Shown here: in pieces, positions 55,449 to 64,000 of the stretch
Layout of the letters: every line of letters begins with the position of its first letter
Numbering within the stretch: the stretch's first letter is position 1
Assembly: GCA_964016885.1 (NCBI GenBank)
Contig: OZ024740.1
Location: forward strand, 440,510,001-440,574,000
Reading direction: 5' to 3'
Length of the DNA: 64,000 bases
DNA from: Eledone cirrhosa
Taxonomy: Eukaryota
The notes under the pieces: generated by a model
What the model saw: the letters and a program-made list of their open reading frames with translations, nothing else
What the model was told of the DNA's origin: nothing
The model's database searches: none
Translations under genes and position numbers: made by a program

Positions 55449-55746
55449 GCACAACCATACAAATACACACATATATACATACATATACATACATATACGT
55501 ATATATATACATATAGTAGTAAAAAGTATGACCCCACGGCAGAGCTCAAGCCGTTTCTGAGGCTATTATATATATACACACATAAACAATTATATAAAAA
55601 TACACACACACAAATATACACACGCACACACACACACATTATATATATATATACACACACAAATACAACAGAAGCATATAAAATACAATAATATACACAC
55701 ATACATATACATACAGATATATATAAACTTACATACACACATACAT

Positions 55747-55821
<75 letters not shown>

Positions 55822-56071
55822 ATATACACATATACGCAACACATACACACACACACACACACACACAGAAATAAATATCTAAAAATAAAAAAGGTGGGTA
55901 TGTGAAGTGTAAGGTAGAAAGTAGGGGGGAAAATAGGGAAAATAAATGACATAGGAAAAAGTTTAAATATAAGGGGAGATAAGGGAGAAAAAGAATATAA
56001 GAGTACAGAAAGTGAATTCAGAAGGTAAAAAAATCGTAGTGGATGTAAGGCGTAGAGAGCAGAGAAGGAGT

Positions 56072-56376
56072 TCAAGGTGGTTGAGTTATCCTAGGAATGT
56101 CAATCCAGTTACAGATCAGATGTGATTTCAGATGAGAACAACATCTGAAGATCTCGGTCTTGGAATTCAGGCAAGTTGAAGTGGCTTTCAAGTTTTGTAA
56201 AATCCTAAATTTTTCCGTGCTACACAAAGAACAATCCTTGGGGCCCCTTTGGTACTCCCTCGAATGGTCTAAAATAGACCAATCGATAGACTACGGGATG
56301 TTTTTATCCTTGAATTCCCACACCTTATTTGCGAGAGCCGTTGCTGTTCTTTTATCGGAGTGTTTAAAAGAAGGTA
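56072..56376 (-). pseudogene. PLE GIY-YIG C-terminal remnant not in the ORF track
   Basis: SFKHSDKRTATALANKVWEFKDKNIP*SIDWSIL...YQRGPKDCSLCSTEKFRIL...LNSKTEIFRCCSH. Confidence 0.8.
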
Positions 56377-56463
56377 TATAAATATTGAGTTTTGTCATAA
56401 CCAATTCACTGCCATGACCGAATTGTAACCATCAACATAGTCAAGGTATGTCAAGCATCAACT

Positions 56464-56529
56464 TATTTTATCTGATGAGGACGTACTGTTGAAATAGCTC
56501 AGTACCTCTGTAATATGTATAATAAAATA
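56464..56529 (+). ncRNA. HHR relic (GAAA mutated to GTAA)
   Basis: TATTTTAT CTGATGA GGA c GTACTG...CAGTAC c TCT GTAA TATGTA TA ATAAAATA. Confidence 0.65.
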
Positions 56530-56571
56530 TATTTGATCACATGAATGTCTATATTTATTAATATTTTGAAA

Positions 56572-56603
<32 letters not shown>

Positions 56604-56654
56604 TTATACTTATATTTAACGGTAATACATTTTATTTGCAATAACAATAATGAT

Positions 56655-56865
56655 TTCTCGTACAGGCACAAGGCCAGTAATTTGGGGGGAGGGAAAAGTC
56701 GACTAAATCACCCCAGCACGTTACTGGTACTTTATTTTATCGACCCCGTAAGGATGAAAGACAAAGTTAACCTTGGCGGGATTTAAACTCAGACCGTAAA
56801 GGGCCGTGACTCTATGCTGCAAAGCATGGCGTCCAACCCTCTACCGATACTGCCAATCCACCGCC
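56655..56865 (-). mobile_element. SINE copy
   Basis: Same family as 10086-10276. Confidence 0.8.
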
Positions 56866-57137
56866 AATTATAATAATAATAATGACAATAACAATAACGG
56901 CAACAATAAAAAAAGAAAAGGGAAATATAGAGAAAAAAGACAAAAAGAAAGGGGAAAAGAACGGAAGGGGAGATTGTAAGAGCTCTGGTATCACTAAAGA
57001 GAGGGGGGCAAAGGGGGAGGGTGATTGTGTATGGGGAAGAAGTACTGAGCCCCGCGGACATGACCGCAAAAGCATTCCCTTGAAGACCATAAACAGAATC
57101 GTTCATTGATTTGGAACGGTATTGCTACTTTGTGGGG

Positions 57138-57680
57138 ACACACACTCTCTGTCACACACACATGCACACACACTCTCTGCCACACACACATACACACTCT
57201 CTGTCACACACACATACAACTCTCTGTCACACACACATACACACACACTCTCTGTCACACACACATACACACACACTCTCTGTCACACACACATACACAC
57301 TCTCTGTCACACACACATACACACACACTATGTCACACACACATACACACTCTCTCTGTCATACACACACACACTCTCTGTCACACACATATACACGCAC
57401 TCTCTCTCCCTCACACACACACACACTCTCTCACACTCTCTGTCACACACGCACATTCTCTGTCACACACACATACACACACACTCTCTGTCACACACAC
57501 ATACACACACACATTCTCTCCCTCACACACGCACTCTCTCTCACGCTCTCACTCTCTCTGTCACACACACATGCACACACACACATGCACTCACACACAC
57601 ACCCTCTCTCACACACACACACACTTTCTCTCTCTCTTTCTCTGTCACACATATATACACACACATACATACACACACAT
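57138..57680. repeat. (ctctctgtcacacacacatacaca)n minisatellite
   Basis: Visible periodicity. Confidence 0.8.
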
Positions 57681-57682
57681 TT

Positions 57683-58362
57683 AATCGTTGAACAATTAAA
57701 TGAACACTGGCGAGCTTCAAGATAGAAAAGAATCATCTGTACTCCACCAACATGCTAAAATAGAACATAAGGGTAAATTTGAGAACATAGAAATAAAAAT
57801 AAAATCTACACACAGAAAAGACGCAATGTTTAGACAAATCACAGAGGCAATAACCATAAATGAACTCCAACCAAAATTAAATAGAAAACATGATTGGAAT
57901 AGCAACATCACAACTTACAATTAAGGACAAAATGAAAACACACACACATAGAACAAACAACCAGTAACATGCAAATAAACAAATAAATAAACAAATAAAA
58001 ACACACACAGACACCCGGATGTAACACATGCGCAAACTAAGCACACAACACACACAAAAACAAGATGGCGTAGGACAGAACAAAGGAGAGGCACAAAACA
58101 AAGAAAAGAATCCCCAGTCACTGAAGAGGTCACAGAGTGTGTGACGAAAGAACTTGGACAATATATGAACAACCGTCCATTTGTGGAACCAACCAACCAA
58201 CCAACCGGAAATTTATTAATTTAATTTATAATAAATTGGAGTGAAAGCACCTGGTGCGTGTGTTTATTATTGGCAACATGACCCTCCCAAAGTATAACAA
58301 AATATCGGTTTCAACACACGTTTTCAGATAAGGAATGTTGCTAAACAAATTCAGAAACGAAA
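57683..58362 (+). mobile_element. PLE 3' fragment (lineage of 3027-3938) with HHR-like motif at 58117-58159
   Basis: SVLHQHAKIEH...RQITEAITI...P.LNRKHDW; CTGAAGA g GTCAC...GTGAC GAAA; terminus accctcccaaagtataacaa. Confidence 0.8.
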
Positions 58363-58628
58363 TATATATATATATACTTCAATAAATGTAATGGCGATCT
58401 AACAACCCGTCCTTTTTATTATATATATATATGGATAGATATATATATATATGTATAAAGGAAACTACGAATTTTCGTTTACATGTAGTTAATCTGTATT
58501 GCGTATCTACCTGTTACGCACGTTTCGCAGAGGATTGGCTCAGGATTACTCATAGAAGTTATGGGCCCAACTCCATTAAAATATACAGTGTTTGACCACT
58601 ATTAATTCACTGAATCACATACATTGTA

Positions 58629-58862
58629 CAGAGGCGGTGGAAGGATTTCTGAATTGGAAGGGGGGGGGCAAATTTTGACAATTTAGTTGTAATGATTAGT
58701 TTAACTGTTTGTATTCTAAAATGGTCAGAAAAACTACGATATGCGATGAACATTACATGTATATGTTGTAGCGTATATCCTTATATATGTGTTTTCTGGT
58801 ATTTTGGGGAGAAAATATAATTATTGTTGGGGGCATTCCCCCTCCCAGTTCCACCACTACTG
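58629..58862. mobile_element. Possible DNA-transposon MITE
   Basis: Imperfect TIRs CAGAGGCGGTGGAA / TTCCACCACTACTG, flanked by TA. Confidence 0.45.
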
Positions 58863-59411
58863 TATATATATAATTTAAAAAAATGATGCCCTTTCCTAAA
58901 GGGTTAATATATCGAACTTCTTTGCATTCATCTCCTATATATATTCATTTATTATGGCTATTGGTGAGCTTTGTTACTTTAAAGTTTCATCTGCCCACTC
59001 ACAGGATCACCAATTGTCAGGTGAGTACGCAGGTGAGATTCCACAATAAATGAATATTTAAACTCTACTTCGGTATTGAATTTTCATTCTTACGTCCGTC
59101 CATAAATCCCGTGGTCTCAAATTTTGAATAATCATCCCCAAACCCCGCCTATTCATTTGTCAGATCCCCATCACTCCCTTTCGGCTTATTAAATTTTGTT
59201 AATCTATCTCCAGTGATATTTTATTGTAAGTGATTCATATTGATACAGCAGCTGGAGAATCTAATAATTTTATTTTACATTAAAAATAACATTATATATG
59301 GCACAAGAATATTACAAGAAATCCCATATTTACGAACGTACCATACACAATTACTGACCCCCCCCCCCCCATTATTGCTACCCCCTCCTGTTATTTGGGA
59401 TCCGAGAGTGC

Positions 59412-59970
59412 CACCAAACTCTCTTCCTCTCTATGTCTATCACACAAAACTCTCTTTTAATCCCCCTCTCTGTATCTATTAAAACTAAACTCTCTATATC
59501 TACCACGACACCGCCTCTCTTATTCCACTCTCTATATCTAAGACTAATACACTCTCTCACTCTCTATAAATATCTACACTTATCTCACCCAATCCACCTC
59601 AGTATATCAATCACCCCTAAGCTCTCACCCTCTCTATATCTACTACACGGAACTCTCTTCCAATCCCCCTCTCTATATCAAGTATCACCAAACTATACCC
59701 CTCTCTATATCTATCATACAACACTCTCTCATTCCCTCTCACTCTATCCATCACTGCCAAACTCTCCCCTCTCTACATCAATCATATAGCACTCTCTCCC
59801 AATTCCCCTCTCTATATCAATTAACACTAAACTCTCCCCTTCTCTATATCTACTACACGGAACGCTCTCCCATTATCCCACTTCATTCCAATTAAGCCCA
59901 AACTCTCCCCCTCTCTATATCTACTATATGCAACTCTCTTCCCAACCCCCTCTCTATATCAATTACCACT
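59412..59970. repeat. Degenerate pyrimidine-rich minisatellite of about 37 bp
   Basis: Recurring ccctctctatatc motif. Confidence 0.7.
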
Positions 59971-60166
59971 TGATATAGACGTGATTTACTTTGCACCGGA
60001 TTTTTGCGGATTGTTGTAAAAAAGAACTGTGAGTTTATTGATCAATTTAATAACATTGTTTGGTTTAGCCCCTTGCCTTGGCCGTCAGACGTTAAGTCAA
60101 CAAATTTTCTCCCCTTTCTAGGGCGAAATTTTCAATTTTCATCTAAAAACTGTAGACTTGGTGGCA

Positions 60167-61934
60167 ATGGATGCCATTTCCACCTCGCACACTGTCGTGA
60201 GTGTCACGCCCACTAAGAAAAGTGGTGGAGGGAAGGTAGGAGTACAAAGCTTGCAGCCGTCCCCCCTCGCATCATCGAAAAACGTGGAAAATATCGAAAC
60301 CGCGAAACCAAACCCGGCAAATAATACCAGCACCAACAACAAGAACAATGACAACAACACCACAACCAACAACTGCAACAATAGCAACACCAATATTACC
60401 AACAGTGACAGTAACACGAAAGACAACAACACCAAAACAACAATCGCACAGACCGTAAAAAAACGAACTATTCACGCCAATAGACATAACAAATGCTAAA
60501 CAACTATTACAAGACGCAAAACAATTCGTGACTTTTGGCGAAAACGGTGCTTTTAGCATCAATTCTCCACAGGAATTACGTAGAGAGGCTGTCCTGAAAA
60601 CTGTGGTTTTCAGGACAATATCGAACGTAACAAGAAAACCAGCTCAATTATCACAAAAGGAAATTGAGCTGGTTGTAAAAGACGCAATGAAGTACTTAAC
60701 CTACATACAAAAAGGTAAACTGTTTGGTAGCATTTCGGTGCTGATGAACAACCAGTCAACAGCTCAAAAGTACTCGGTAGCACCCATTGTGTCCCCCCGC
60801 TTCACCTTTTACCCCACATACAGGGGAAAAAGGACACAAAGAATAAAAATAATGAGTATCACACCAAATGTAAACATTTGGTGGATACTATGTGGAATAA
60901 TAAACTTTGACGAAGACAAGATAATTTCAATAGGAAAGTCCTCCGGAGGTGTATTTGGTGGGACCACCGTAGAAGTTCTGGTGCAAATGAGCCCAGAACG
61001 AATAGCGAATATCCCACAACGCGTGCCTCTGGACGGGCTAACTTATATAAACATTTCAGTGGAGGGAAGGCGGCCGTCATGTTACCACTGCTTAAGCAGG
61101 GGTCACCTGAGGGCTGCCTGTCCTCAATTAACGAGTAAAAAAAAAAGGCTCTTCTGCCAACCCCGAACACAACAACACAACCACCACCACCACCACCACA
61201 ACAACACGGAAAAATGACAACACAAAACACTGTTCCACCCAACCCCTCCCCACCTAAAACAAATACAAAAGCAACCACAACAAAACCCCAAAATATACCC
61301 CTCCCCAACAACACGGAAGAGGACTCCGTATGAACGTCACCCAGTGACGACGAGGGAGAACCCTTTCAACAGATGAAAAGGAAAAAAAAAAGCACCACAT
61401 TAACAAAAATGCCACAAACACACAACCACCAGCACAAACAGAACAAACATCACAAATAAAAAAACCCACCCCTCCCAAAACATAACACGTACTACAAAAC
61501 GCAAACACGCGCAAGAACAACATACAAAAACAAACACAACACAACAAAAACTCTATACATACATTAACAAGAACAATAAAACGTTGATGAAAGCGATAGA
61601 AAATAACCCTTCGGTGGAAACCGAAGGGATCACTTTCACCTACGCAGCGAACAAACCGCACCTAATGATGATTAGGGTCCCAACGGAAACCTATGTAACT
61701 TTGAAAAAGAACCATCCAATGCATGTGGGGACCAACTGCACCAAACCACATAACAGCGTCCTATTGAGATGTTTCCCCACCCCCACACCAGACACCCCCA
61801 CCCCACCAAACACCCTAATCCCACCACACACTGATGTCCCCACCCCACCACAAACCACCACCCCACCAAACAACCCTTCCAACACCCCATGGAAATTGTG
61901 CAGCCTGGTCCCCAGGAGACGAAGAGGTAAGTAA
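60167..61934 (+). pseudogene. LINE ORF1 (gag-like, zinc knuckle), broken by frameshifts
   Basis: VEGRRPSCYHCLSRGHLRAACP with T/N/P-rich low-complexity flanks, split across ORFs 60158, 60528 and 61584. Confidence 0.75.
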
Positions 61935-61972
61935 TTTCCTTTCCCCTTCCTTTTTACCTCTTCAGCACCAAC

Positions 61973-64000
61973 ATGGCCAATATAAGAGTTGGATGTGTGA
62001 ATGCACGCGGCTTGGGGATGTCCTGGAAACAGGGCAAACTCTTAAATGACCTCAGGTCGCACAGAGTGGATGTACTGGTTATTTGAGAGTCCAGGATCAG
62101 CAGCGAGCGCCAACTGGCCCCCATCTTCGACGACTTTGAGATCTACGCATCTCTCTGTCAGCCGAGTGGTGGGGGTGGGGTTGTCGTTCTGCTGCGAAAA
62201 TACCTGGGTCTTGCCACACAGAAGGTACACCTGGACCCGGAGGGTCGACTGGTGGTTTTAGACGTCGGCAGTGGTGAAGGTGGAGCTTTCAGGCTGGTGG
62301 CAGCGTATGCCCCATCTGGGACACCGCGACCGGACTTCTTCCGACGCCTGGAGAATTTCCTGGGAACGTCTCGCTCCTTGCTTTTAGTGGGGGACTGGAA
62401 TGGTATCCTGGATGCACGCTGGGACTATGTAGGGGCATGTCCCGATAGAGGGGGGTGTAACAGCCTAAAACGATTAATCGGCCGATTTGATCTGGCCGAC
62501 AGATATCGACTGGATTTTCCGACTGTGCCACGGTGGACGTGGAGTAATCGCAGCGGAACATCCAGGTTGTACCTAGATAGGTTCCTAGTTAGAAATAAGG
62601 ATAGGGACATGTTAAGCTGTCCACGAATGTTCATGGTTGACTATTCGGATCACAAGTTGTTGACCGGAGTGGTCAACCTTGATAGAACTCATAGACAGGG
62701 ACCCGGTTACTGGAAGCTAAACTTGTCTTTACCGACAAACAAAGCTTACAGTAAGAGGATTAGCACACTAGTTAAGCAGCGTTTGACGGGGGAAATTGTC
62801 AACAACAGGTGGTGGGGCTCTCTCAAGAGAGAAATTAGAATAGGATCGATAGGTTTTAGTCGGGAATTAGCATCAGATAGGAATAGAACTGAAAGGGAAT
62901 TAACAAATAGAGTAGAAGAGGCGATTAGGAGTGGCAACGTGGCCGGCGTGCTGGCGTCAAGAACGGCCCTAGACCAGTTCTTTGATGCAAAGTACGAGGG
63001 CTGCGTTGTCAGGAGTAAAATACGTGCTCTGGGTAACGAGGGAGCGAAAGCTGTTAGCTGGGCCCGAGTGACAGAGACAAAAAGTGGAAACAAGTCCACG
63101 ATTCGGTCTTTGAAGGACCAGGATGGACGCGTGATCCTTGAACCTAAGCGGATGAGCGCGGCCGTTCAACGGCGCTTTGCACGACTGTTCGGGAGGGGCG
63201 GCGGGCCGGGTGGGGCCATGGATTTCGGTCCATACCTCGACGGTCTGGCGCGGCTCTCGGACGGGGAGGCGAAGTCCTGCGAGAGGCCGATTTCAGCCGC
63301 TGAAATAGGGGAAGAGCTGAGCCAATGCGGCAAACGCAAATCTCCGGGTCTCGATGGTCTACCATACAAACTTTATGTAGCGATGCCGGGCTTGTTCTCC
63401 GGTCTCCTCGAGGCGGTCTACTGCAACTGGCAACAGAACGGGAGAATTCCCAGTTCTGTGACCAAGGGCGTAGTCACGCTGGTGAGGAAGGACGAGAACA
63501 AGGTGGATGACATAGATAACTTCAGGCCCATAACTCTGCTAAACACAGAGTTAAAGATTTTGGCCAAGGTGTTAGCGAAGAGGTTGGCGCTTGTCGACGG
63601 GAACCTGGTGGGAGTAGCGCAGACATGCGCAATCCCGTCCAGGTTCATACACGACAACCTCCACCTCATGCGATACATTGTAGAGAGGGTAGGGAACGAA
63701 CCCGGCTTTGGTGCGGCCCTGATCAACTTGGATCAATCTAAGGCGTTCGATAGGGTCGACCATCGGTACCTGGATGCGGTGCTCGCGGCGGCAGGCTTCA
63801 GACCCGTTTTCAGGGGCCGGTTGCTGCAATGCACAGCAGCAACACCTGCTCGAGGGTCAAGATGAACGGCTACCTCTCGGAGCCGTTCCAAATCACGCGA
63901 TCCATTCGACAGGGATGCCCTCTCTCCTCCCTCCTGTATGTGCTGGCTCTCGAGCCACTACTGAGGAAGCTGGAGCTATTGCAGGGCATCCCCTTGGAAC
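61973..64000 (+). pseudogene. LINE ORF2: APE endonuclease + reverse transcriptase, frameshifted
   Basis: MANIRVGCVNARGL, VAAYAP, VGDWN, YLDRFL, SDHK, GPGYWKLN, KSPGLDGL, NFRPITLLN, DQSKAFDRVDH, RQGCPLS. Frameshifts near 62080 and 63815. Confidence 0.9.

Larger units (their letters stand above)
59975..64000 (+). mobile_element. L1/Tx1-clade LINE, near full-length 5' part, runs off the window
   Basis: ORF1 with a CCHC knuckle, followed by an APE-RT ORF2. Confidence 0.9.

Overview
AT-rich, microsatellite-saturated animal genomic DNA. The SINE content and (TA)n/(CA)n density suggest an octopus or other cephalopod (inference). No host protein-coding exon could be supported, and almost all listed ORFs are artefacts of simple repeats. 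The real coding remnants are retrotransposons: six Penelope-like (PLE) fragments, three RTE LINE fragments, one R4/Dong-like RLE LINE fragment and an L1/Tx1-like element running off the right end. Also present are about a dozen copies of a tRNA-derived SINE, a few MITEs and a 6.6-kb 22-bp satellite. The main hidden signal is RNA-structural. Reading by eye, I find about 25 minimal type-I hammerhead ribozyme (HHR) motifs from about 12 sequence families. Most have palindromic stem III, and several have core variants (U3-A8 covariation, U4C/U4A, U.U at 10.1/11.1, 50-100-nt stem-II inserts). They sit in fold-back or tandem elements inserted into (TA)n tracts. Two ORF-less families (units of about 530-545 and about 590 nt) occur as circularly permuted, terminally redundant copies, as expected for retrozyme-like elements copied from circular or multimeric RNA by PLE machinery. 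A third family repeatedly folds back at the apparent HHR stem-II loop. Coordinates were read manually and may be off by a few bases, and no folding or database search was run.
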